From Candidatus Vogelbacteria bacterium (lineage in GTDB: Bacteria > Patescibacteriota > Minisyncoccia > Phycocordibacterales > XYD1-FULL-46-19): a stretch of DNA of 64,000 nt. This document shows, piece after piece, positions 47,293 to 56,168 of this stretch. Position 1 is the first letter of the stretch, and every line of letters begins with the position of its first letter. Both the position numbers and the translations under genes were made by a program. Location of the stretch: NCBI GenBank assembly GCA_021414225.1, contig JAIOOX010000004.1, positions 66,206 through 130,205 of the forward strand. Direction: 5' to 3'. Below the pieces are notes generated by a model, which was not told where the DNA came from, made no database searches, and saw nothing but the letters and a program-made list of their open reading frames with translations.

Positions 47293-49230
47293 ATGATTAA
47301 ATCTGACTTAAACTCGAAACAGCAAGAGGCAGCTGACCACCAGACTGGCCCTTTGTTAATCATCGCTGGAGCCGGAGCTGGTAAGACCAAGACTATTACT
47401 CACCGTATTTTGAACTTGATTAATGCTGGTGTCGCTCCAGAATCCATTTTAGCTGTTACCTTCACCAATAAAGCCGCTCAAGAAATGTCTGAACGGGTCA
47501 CCAAACTACTTAAAGCCAACAACGACACCAAAAATCCCAACCCCTTCCAGAATCCAGCCAAACCTTTTGTCAGCACGTTTCATGGCCTAGGGGTTCATAT
47601 TATGAGAAATCATGGTGATCGCATTGGAGTGTCAAAATACTTTTCGATTCTCGACCGCGATGACTCTATCCGTCACATCAAAGAAGCCATGAAAGGCCTC
47701 AGTATTGACCCAAAACAATTTGAACCTAGGAAAGTCCTGAGTAAGATTTCTCACTTCAAAGGTAAAGGTTTCACCTATGGTGACTACCAGCAAGAAGCAA
47801 ACAAACACCCGTTCGGCCAGATTATCGCTTCTATTTGGCAAAACTACGATCTCCAAATTGCTAAACAAAAAGGGTTAGATTTTGACGATTTATTATTAAA
47901 AACCGTCACCCTCCTAAAACGTTATCCAGATGTTTTAGCCTATTATCAAGAGCAGTGGCAATACTTGCACATTGATGAATACCAAGACACTAACGGTATT
48001 CAATACGCTTTAGTCCAAATGTTGGCTAGTAAACGTCGAAATATTTGTGTCGTCGGTGATGTTGATCAATCAATTTATAGTTGGCGAGGGGCCAATTATG
48101 AAAACTTGATGCGGTTTGAAGAAGACTACCCAGAAGCAACCACCATTTTGTTAGAACAAAACTACCGTTCAACGAAAACTATTCTGGCTGGAGCTAATGC
48201 TATTATCAAAAAAAATACGGCTCGCCGGGAAAAGAATTTATTTACTGATAATCACGAGGGTGAGAAAATTACTCTAACTGCTGCCCTCGACGAAAAAGGG
48301 GAGGCTAATTTTATTGCTGAGACTTGTAAAACTTTAACTCAAAGTGGTGTCAGACCGGATCAAATAGCCGTCTTGTATCGAGCCAACTTTCAATCACGTA
48401 GTATTGAAGAAGCTCTCCTTAAAAGAAATGTACCTTACCAAGTGCTAGGGGTACGCTTTTTTGAACGCCAAGAAATTAAAGATATTTTAGGTTATGTTAA
48501 ATTCGCCCTCAATCCTGACGATTTAGAAAATCTGAAACGCATTATCAATGTGCCCACTCGCGGGATCGGCAAAGTGACCCTGGCCAAAATCGCCACCGGT
48601 CAGGCTGACACCTTACCAGCCAAGGCTCGTTTAGCCTATCACGAGTTCACTATCATTATCGATAATATTCGCCAATTTATTACCTCTCACTCCACTCAAG
48701 AGACTTTGAAATATGTTTTGGAACAAAGTGGTTTAGAAAAAGCCTTACGAAACAGCACCGAAGAAGATTTGGAAAGATTAGAAAATATAAAAGAATTAGT
48801 TAGTCTAGCCGAAAAATTTAATCCCGTGTCTGGTGAAGAAGGTTTATTGTCACTAATTTCGGAAGCAGCTTTAGTGTCAGATCAAGATACACTCGGCACA
48901 GCTAAAACTGGTGTTCGCCTGATGACTATTCACGCTTCCAAAGGGTTGGAGTTTCACACAGTCTTTATCACTGGTCTCGAACAAGGTTTGTTTCCGCACC
49001 AAGGTTTTGGTAGTGATGAGGGCCGAGATGATGAAGAGGAGAGGCGCTTATGCTACGTGGCCCTCACTCGAGCGGAACACAAATTGTATTTGAGTTATGC
49101 CCAGACCAGAAATATTTTTGGTTCCCGTCAGGTTAATATGCCATCAGAATTTATACTTGACCTACCAGATGAACTAGTAGAAGCTGAGGTGGTAGATAGT
49201 AGTGACACTATTGAATACTTAGACTTTTAA
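47293..49230 (+). CDS. pcrA: UvrD/PcrA superfamily 1 DNA helicase
   Basis: AGAGAGKT, DEYQDTN, QNYRS, MTIHASKGLEF, EERRLCYVALTRA. Confidence 0.95.
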   Translation: MIKSDLNSKQQEAADHQTGPLLIIAGAGAGKTKTITHRILNLINAGVAPESILAVTFTNKAAQEMSERVTKLLKANNDTKNPNPFQNPAKPFVSTFHGLGVHIMRNHGDRIGVSKYFSILDRDDSIRHIKEAMKGLSIDPKQFEPRKVLSKISHFKGKGFTYGDYQQEANKHPFGQIIASIWQNYDLQIAKQKGLDFDDLLLKTVTLLKRYPDVLAYYQEQWQYLHIDEYQDTNGIQYALVQMLASKRRNICVVGDVDQSIYSWRGANYENLMRFEEDYPEATTILLEQNYRSTKTILAGANAIIKKNTARREKNLFTDNHEGEKITLTAALDEKGEANFIAETCKTLTQSGVRPDQIAVLYRANFQSRSIEEALLKRNVPYQVLGVRFFERQEIKDILGYVKFALNPDDLENLKRIINVPTRGIGKVTLAKIATGQADTLPAKARLAYHEFTIIIDNIRQFITSHSTQETLKYVLEQSGLEKALRNSTEEDLERLENIKELVSLAEKFNPVSGEEGLLSLISEAALVSDQDTLGTAKTGVRLMTIHASKGLEFHTVFITGLEQGLFPHQGFGSDEGRDDEEERRLCYVALTRAEHKLYLSYAQTRNIFGSRQVNMPSEFILDLPDELVEAEVVDSSDTIEYLDF

Positions 49231-49238
49231 ACCAGCCA

Positions 49239-50099
49239 ATGAAAATTACTGCAAAAAAATCACTTGGGCAAAATTGGCTCAACTCACCAAGTGCTATAAA
49301 TAAAATAGTGACGGCCGGGGAGATTAAACCCACCGACACTATTTTAGAAATTGGTCCTGGCCGAGGCGCTTTGACGAAAGCTTTACTCGCCACTGGCGCC
49401 AAAGTAGTGGCTATTGAAAAAGACCATCAATTGATCAGCGACTTAGAAAATACTTTTGAACCAGAATTAAAAAACGGGCAGCTACAATTACTAGAAGGGG
49501 ATATATTGCAGGCAAGTGAGCTATTAAGTTTGAAGAATATTGCACAGGCTGACCGAGCCGAGCATAGCAATTTTCCAGCAGGAAAATATGCGCATTCTGA
49601 AAACCTAATAGCGAGCAGTTATAAGGTAATCGCTAATATCCCATACTATATTACCGGGGAGTTATTACGTTTATTTTTTGAAACAACAAATCAACCAAGT
49701 CTAATGGTCTTAATGGTCCAAAAGGAAGTAGCCGAAAGAATTGTGGCTCGTGATGGCAAAGAAAGTATTTTATCCATCAGTGTCAAAGTTTACGGTACAC
49801 CTAAAATCATTGCGACCGTGCCGGCCGGCGCTTTTATCCCAAAACCAAACGTGGATTCCGCTATTTTAGCTATAACCAATATCAATCACCAAGCTTTCCC
49901 TAACACACAAACAGAAGTGGACTTTTTTGCTATTGTTAAACAGGGTTTCGCCCAAAAAAGAAAATTAGTCAAAAATAATATAAACTGTTCAGAAGAAATT
50001 ATGACTAAATGTAATTTAAATATTAAAGCCCGGGCAGAAACGTTAACCGTTAGCGACTGGCTTTGTCTCACTAAAAACCTAAAACATAATGACCACTAA
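49239..50099 (+). CDS. rsmA: 16S rRNA m6,2A dimethyltransferase RsmA/KsgA with internal insertion
   Basis: KSLGQNW, LEIGPGRG, ANIPYYIT, QKEVAER, PNVDSA. Confidence 0.95.
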   Translation: MKITAKKSLGQNWLNSPSAINKIVTAGEIKPTDTILEIGPGRGALTKALLATGAKVVAIEKDHQLISDLENTFEPELKNGQLQLLEGDILQASELLSLKNIAQADRAEHSNFPAGKYAHSENLIASSYKVIANIPYYITGELLRLFFETTNQPSLMVLMVQKEVAERIVARDGKESILSISVKVYGTPKIIATVPAGAFIPKPNVDSAILAITNINHQAFPNTQTEVDFFAIVKQGFAQKRKLVKNNINCSEEIMTKCNLNIKARAETLTVSDWLCLTKNLKHNDH

Positions 50100-50574
50100 A
50101 AAAAAGTTAATCTTAGTATTATTTGGTCTATTATTTACAGGAGTGGTTGTTTTTTGTTTGAGTCAACCTAACCTTCTCCCCGTATTACCAATCAAACACA
50201 CTTCCGGGCAATCCCCACTAAAGACTGAGGTACTAACTATTGGTCAAACCAAAATAAAAGCAGAGATAGCCGACACCGAGACAACTCGTAATCAAGGTCT
50301 ATCCAACCGAAAAAGTTTAACTAAAAATACTGGAATGTTATTTATCTTTGACAAACCTGGTTTTTATGGCTTTTGGATGAAAGAGATGAGATTTTCTTTA
50401 GATATAATTTGGATCGACGAGTCTTGGAAAATAATCGATATTACTAAAAACGTTTCTCCAAAATCTTTTCCCACCACCTATGTGGCTAGCGAGCCAGTTA
50501 AATATGTTTTAGAAGTGCCGGCTGGTTTTACTACTCAAAACAACCTAGATATCGGCGATATCTTTACTCGTTAA
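50089..50574 (+). CDS. DUF192 family protein
   Basis: EIADT..GLS.R, GMLFIF, FWMK, YVLEVPAG. Confidence 0.85.
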   Translation: MTTKKKLILVLFGLLFTGVVVFCLSQPNLLPVLPIKHTSGQSPLKTEVLTIGQTKIKAEIADTETTRNQGLSNRKSLTKNTGMLFIFDKPGFYGFWMKEMRFSLDIIWIDESWKIIDITKNVSPKSFPTTYVASEPVKYVLEVPAGFTTQNNLDIGDIFTR

Positions 50575-50583
50575 ATATTTTGC

Positions 50584-50952
50584 CTACAAAGAAGTTCCTA
50601 CCATAAAAATACGAGGAGCAATCATGATCGGCTTACAAGGGTGGTCTCCACCCACAAAGATCACACACACATCAGCTGCCACATAAGTACCCATAATAAA
50701 AGTGCCAGGTTTCCACAAATCAAAGAAAGGGTAAAGAATACTACCAATGCCAAAGATTAAAAACGGGTATGAGGTATTACCGATTGGTCGATTAATAATT
50801 AGGAGATTTAAACTACATACACAGGGGATGGTGGCAATAATTTGACCCCCAAAAGGTAAACCTGGGCCAGCTAAAGCGGGAAAAGGAGCAGCTAAAATCA
50901 AAACCAGCCAACTGACAAGGAACCATTTAGTAAAAGTTTTTACTCTATTCAT
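50584..50952 (-). CDS. Small secreted Cys-containing hypothetical protein
   Basis: Signal peptide, PFGG..IPCVCS, VC..PC, VGTS end. Confidence 0.7.
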   Translation of the reverse strand: MNRVKTFTKWFLVSWLVLILAAPFPALAGPGLPFGGQIIATIPCVCSLNLLIINRPIGNTSYPFLIFGIGSILYPFFDLWKPGTFIMGTYVAADVCVIFVGGDHPCKPIMIAPRIFMVGTSL

Positions 50953-51890
50953 TAGAGGGATAATTTAAAAGTTTTTGTATTACTAATCTTACCACTATCA
51001 TCTTCAACATAAATACCAACTGGTAAATCTAAATTATAACCACCAACAGAGACAGACATATCTGACGGTACCAGACTAGCCCCACCGTGAACAGGTGAGT
51101 AAATATTTACCACCCCACCAGAAACAGAAACAGTATTCCCATCAGGATCCTTCAGAGTGTCAGTGACATTTAAAGGACTTTTACCTAGAGGATTTTCAAC
51201 TACCACTTTTAAAGTTTTCCCATCGGAAGATCTGACCCTGGTTTTTCTGTTACCACCAACCGAGACAGTATTACCAGTAGTAGAAGTTGAAAAGCCAGCA
51301 CCAGTGATAGTGACACTGGTGTTAACACCCCCATTTTCGGGTGAGATTTTGCTAATTTTAACCTTACTAGAAACTGAGACCGACGGTAAATTGTCACCAT
51401 TAGACCCGTTAATGTTAAACGGCTTACCTCCGCCATAGGTAACTCCCGTCAACTCTTGAAGTGGTGGTGGTTCAGCTGGAATAGTAACACCGATCAAATT
51501 ACCAGGATTAAAGTTGGTAATAGCATTAAAAACATGTCCACCTGTTTCATTACCATAAAGCTCATTTAATACCGCCCTAGTGAGTTGACCCAAAATTCCG
51601 GTTCCTTTTTCTAAACCCAACGGTTCTAAAATAACATCCCCAAATTTTTCTTGAAATTTTGATAGGGCAGAGACCGTTTTAGCTCCAAAAAACTCAGTCT
51701 CCTGTCCAGGAGACCCCGGCCCAGACAAAGACACCTGGGTATTCGGGTCTTTGTTTAACAATTCTTGAAGTTTTTTAACATCTGATCCACTGTCACCTAA
51801 CTTTAAGTTTTTATCTAGACTAGCTAAAACTGGGCTAGAAATAAAAAAGGTGGCTATAATAATTAAAACTAAAAGCCAATGGGTTTTCAT
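50952..51890 (-). CDS. Secreted protein with peptidoglycan-binding-like domain and IPT/TIG domain
   Basis: LKLGDSGSDVKKLQELLN..FG.KT..A..FQ; ISPENGG..VTITGAGF. Confidence 0.75.
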   Translation of the reverse strand: MKTHWLLVLIIIATFFISSPVLASLDKNLKLGDSGSDVKKLQELLNKDPNTQVSLSGPGSPGQETEFFGAKTVSALSKFQEKFGDVILEPLGLEKGTGILGQLTRAVLNELYGNETGGHVFNAITNFNPGNLIGVTIPAEPPPLQELTGVTYGGGKPFNINGSNGDNLPSVSVSSKVKISKISPENGGVNTSVTITGAGFSTSTTGNTVSVGGNRKTRVRSSDGKTLKVVVENPLGKSPLNVTDTLKDPDGNTVSVSGGVVNIYSPVHGGASLVPSDMSVSVGGYNLDLPVGIYVEDDSGKISNTKTFKLSL

Positions 51891-51991
51891 TAAAAAATTA
51901 TAGCACAACTAAAAAAGTTATCGTTATCCCCGTTATTTAAGAACTTCTATCAACAAACAGTAACTGATATACTATAATTACTAACAGACGT

Positions 51992-52696
51992 ATGACTATT
52001 CGTAAGGTACTTTTTATATTAATAGGCTTAATGATATTAAGTGGTGTTTTGTTGGTAGTTTGGAAACTAGGAGATAAGACTATACAACAAAAACAACAAC
52101 AAGCCGCCGCCGAACAAGCAGCTATTTTAGCCAAAGAGGAACGGGCTAAAATGGTGGCCCTGATTCAAACCATCAACGGAGAAGAGTTTGAGCACTTTGA
52201 TACTGCTACTTGGCCCAAGTTTATTCTAGCCAGTCAACTCAACATCCAAAAAAGTACATCAACTAAAGATGTCCAATCTTATGGTTTGGCTGTAACTAAT
52301 TTAATGAGACCTTTAGTTATTTCGGCCACCCTGCCATCTGAATTATTATTGGAAGCCTACGAAAAAGGAACCCCAGAATCAACCAAACAATTGGATGAAC
52401 TAGCTCAAAATTTCAATTCGGCCACCACCAACTTAAGCCAATTATCTGTTCCAGCCAATGCCGAAGTGGCTCACTTACGCCTAGTTAACAGCCTTCAGCG
52501 CTACAGTTTTATCCTAAACAATATGAATCAAATTAGTAAAAACCCAGTCTGGGCCCTAGAAGCCAGCCAAGACCATAAACAGGTTTTTGAAGAGCTGGTT
52601 AACGACTTGATGTTCATGAATGCTTTTTTTTCGGAACATAAAATAAAAATCTCCAAACAGAACCAGATCCAATTATATATTCCAAATACTCAATGA
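51992..52696 (+). CDS. Membrane-anchored helical hypothetical protein
   Basis: N-terminal TM; stop overlaps the next start (ATGA). Confidence 0.7.
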   Translation: MTIRKVLFILIGLMILSGVLLVVWKLGDKTIQQKQQQAAAEQAAILAKEERAKMVALIQTINGEEFEHFDTATWPKFILASQLNIQKSTSTKDVQSYGLAVTNLMRPLVISATLPSELLLEAYEKGTPESTKQLDELAQNFNSATTNLSQLSVPANAEVAHLRLVNSLQRYSFILNNMNQISKNPVWALEASQDHKQVFEELVNDLMFMNAFFSEHKIKISKQNQIQLYIPNTQ

Positions 52697-55600
52697 CCAG
52701 TTTTTTAAAAAAATCGATCAGTTTAGTCACTATCACTTTTTTGGTGTTACAACCCTTTTTAATTATTAACTCCTATTCAGTTTCGATTATTCCGACAGCT
52801 GTCGCTCAAGACAACTCCGACTGTCAAGGTAACCCAAATTGTACCGGGGAGTATTGGGTAGATCCAAGTGCCAATGAAGGGAACACCGCTGAATCAAATC
52901 CTGATATTGCTAGAGCCCAAGCTGATCGAGAAAAAAAGGATGCGGAAGCAGCTAAAAAAGAAGCTGAAAATGCTCAAAAACTTCAGGAAGAAGACAAGAA
53001 AAAATGTGAGTCCATGCTCAACGGAGGTAAGGACCAAGGTGGAACTCTTGGTAAGGCTTTTAAAAACATTTTCACCAAAGCAGCGACTGGTCTTTTAGGT
53101 TCTCAACTCCCACCAGAATTCAGAGGTATTTTTAATAACACTATAAACACCGCTATCAACGATCCAGCCAACTTAGGTGTGGCCATGCAAGAGTCTTTAG
53201 GTTCTACCATTATCGCTGGAACCAACAAAGCTTTTTCTCAAAATTTTGAACGGGCCATTAATCAAGAAACCAACGGTGGTCAACTACCAATGACCGAAGC
53301 CCGACTAAAAGAAATTGTTGGCGAAGTTTTATCTGTTTCTACAAAAAGTGCTCTACCAGAGGCTACTCAAGCAGCTATGGATCAAGGACTAGCTGGCGCT
53401 ATCCGCAATACTTTAAAAACAAAAACACCCGAACTAGCTTCTGGTTGGGTAGAAGCAGGAGTAGCTAATAATTTCAACGAAAACGGGGCTGACGAATTAA
53501 GAGCTCAGATTGGTGGGCCCCTATTCTCTTTATTGTCTGACCACGCCCGACAAACTCAAAACGACTCTCTCAATCTAAACGGAGCTGATGCTGGGGACTT
53601 ACAAAAGTTTGCTAACACAATTATTGAATTTTTTGTTTCCTCTATTATTACCCAGCTAGAGAACACCACCACAGCAACTGCCATCAATACTGTTTATGAT
53701 GAGGAAGGTAATGTGGTTAGCACTAGTACAACCCAAAGAACCCAAGGCCCCTTAAATCAAAAGGTTGGTCAAGAAGTATTTGATGGACTCAGCACCCTGT
53801 TTGGGACCAATGGATCACCGATTGATAGTGAGGTAGAGAAGAGAATCGCTGAGTTACCAATCGAATCTCTAATTACCGATAGTGGTTTCGCTAGCGCTAA
53901 ACGTAAAATTTTAAGTAACCCGGAAACTCAAAGGGTTTTAAATGGTAATCTAGAAAAACTTCATACCGCCATTCCTTTTAATACTATTGCCAACAGCGTA
54001 AACACAGCCGGTTTAGTTAGTGGAAGCGGTCAGGTCAATATCCAAAAAACAGTCGAGCAGGTAATGATTCAGTTTACTAGTTCTGTTTCTTCTGGTGGAG
54101 GTGGTGGATCAAATGGTAACCCCCTAATTCAGCGAGCAGTTGGTGATGTGGCTGGAAATTTAAGTCAGTCTGTTGGTGGTTTCTTACAAAATTCAAACGG
54201 GGATTTCGCAGGAATTTCAGAATCATTTCAATCTGGATTATCAAACGGCCTTGGCGATATGACTGGAAACCTAGCTAATGGGTTACTAGATAAAGCCTTA
54301 GGAGATACCCCTTTCGCAGGAGTAGTGGATGTCTCTTTTTTAACTGACAGTTTAAGTAGTAGTGTCACCAATCTTTTTGACGGAGTCTTTAATGGTGAAG
54401 GTTTTAATATTGGATCAGCTTTTAGTGACGGTTTTGCTAATTTTAGTTCTGGTTTAGCTCAAGCCGCTTTAGGTGCCGTCCTCGATTTGGCTGGTATTCC
54501 AAAACCAATCGCTAGTATTGTTCAAGGGGTAGTGGATACAGCTACTGCCGTTATTATTCCTTTTGTTCCAAATCGAGAGCAAATGGGCCCGGAACTGACT
54601 GCTTCCAAAAAAACCGCAGCGGCCACTGGTGGGACTCAAGAAAATACCTCTCAAATCAACCAGACAACTCGTAGTCAGGAACAATTAGATGTAGAAGCTT
54701 GTACTAAGTTACGAGCAATTGACCGCAAACAAAACGCCGAAGAACAAAAACAAAAAGTAGAGGAGCCTGATCTAGCCCGTAAGGCAGCTACCGAATTAGA
54801 AAAATACCGTCAAGGTCTACTAGATTGGGTTAAAAAAGGTTATGACAGCACCGGCCAAGGACCTGATAGTCCTTTATATGTTGAAAACACCGACCAACAT
54901 TTAACTAACGTTAAAAAAGAAGCTGGCGAAGTTTTTTATGACGGCCTTAAAAATTCCCCAGACGCTTTCAAAGACCAGACGGAAACCACTCTCCGCAAAA
55001 CAGATCAACCTAATACCCCAGCTTCTGGTGCATACATTGATAAACAACAGTATGATAAATTTGCCACTGGCCGAATAACAAACACTGATGAATGGTGGAA
55101 GACTTATTTTGCTGTAACTGACCCTTTTCATCCAAACTCCCCACAAAATTCACTCAGTTTAGGTCAGACAGTCAAAAACACAGTTGAAACAAAAGCAGTT
55201 GAGCAGGCTAAAGAGGAAATTCAGGCTAGTAACGGTTTTCTCCCAGTTAGAGTTTGTGAAGAATTCACCGCCAATGGTCAAGCTTGTAAACGCTGGAAAA
55301 CGACTACCCCAGCTATTGAAATTAAAGACAGCGTCACGAAAGCTCTAGCTACTAGAGTCGACCAGTATCTAGACCCTAAACTAGGAGCTATCACCGAGGG
55401 TAACCAACCAAGTGTGGAAGAGCTTAGAAACTTCACCCCCCAGACTTCTGGTGGGGGAGGAAATGGACCAGGTACCAAAAATTCTTCCAATATCTTACAG
55501 ACCATCTTAGCTTTCCTTAATACCCTTCGAACCCAACAAGGAAATCAAGGCTCCTTAACACTAAATTATAGTTTGATTAACTCAGCCGGATCACCTTCTT

Positions 55601-56167
55601 CTATTAAACTTTCTTGGCAAGGAAGCAACGTATTGGCCTGCTCTGTCGACAATGACTGGATTGGCCCTGGCCTTAGTCCAAACTTTGTCAGCGTAATCAA
55701 AAGCCAAGGAGATGCCCTCGACACTTCTGGTAGTTTCACTTTTGGAGCACCGCTTACTTTTGACTTACGTTTTTCTCGGACAAGGGCCTCAAGCACTCCA
55801 CCCGAGCAATCAATCGTTGTTGTTACCGTTAACCGTGATCCAGGTTTATACCAACAGAAAAATATCACCTTACCAACCGATCTAAAACCTGGTGATCTGG
55901 CCATTTATCGACAACTTATCATTATCGGTGCCTATTGGTACAGATACTAGCCCAGCAACAATTTTGTCTAACTTGAGACAAGCTATCAGCAACGTCCAAA
56001 GTTCCGATGAAAACCCATTACAGAAAGCAGAATTTTTGAAATACTCTTTCTCTGAACCAGAAGTGGCTAGAAAAATGATTACAGTCAAACCAAAAACTAC
56101 TTATAGTATTTCTTGTGTTGATAAACAAGGCAACAACATCAAAAAAAGTGTTACAATAGGGCTATAA
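52693..56167 (+). CDS. Large secreted T4SS-region protein, apparently split by a +1 frameshift near 55900 (ORFs 52693..55950 and 55892..56167)
   Basis: Signal peptide, Gly/Ser/Ala-rich helical middle, Cys pairs; Ig-like LSWQGSNVLAC strand in ORF1 is completed by TTYSISC in the overlapping ORF2. Confidence 0.6.
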
Positions 56168-56168
56168 T

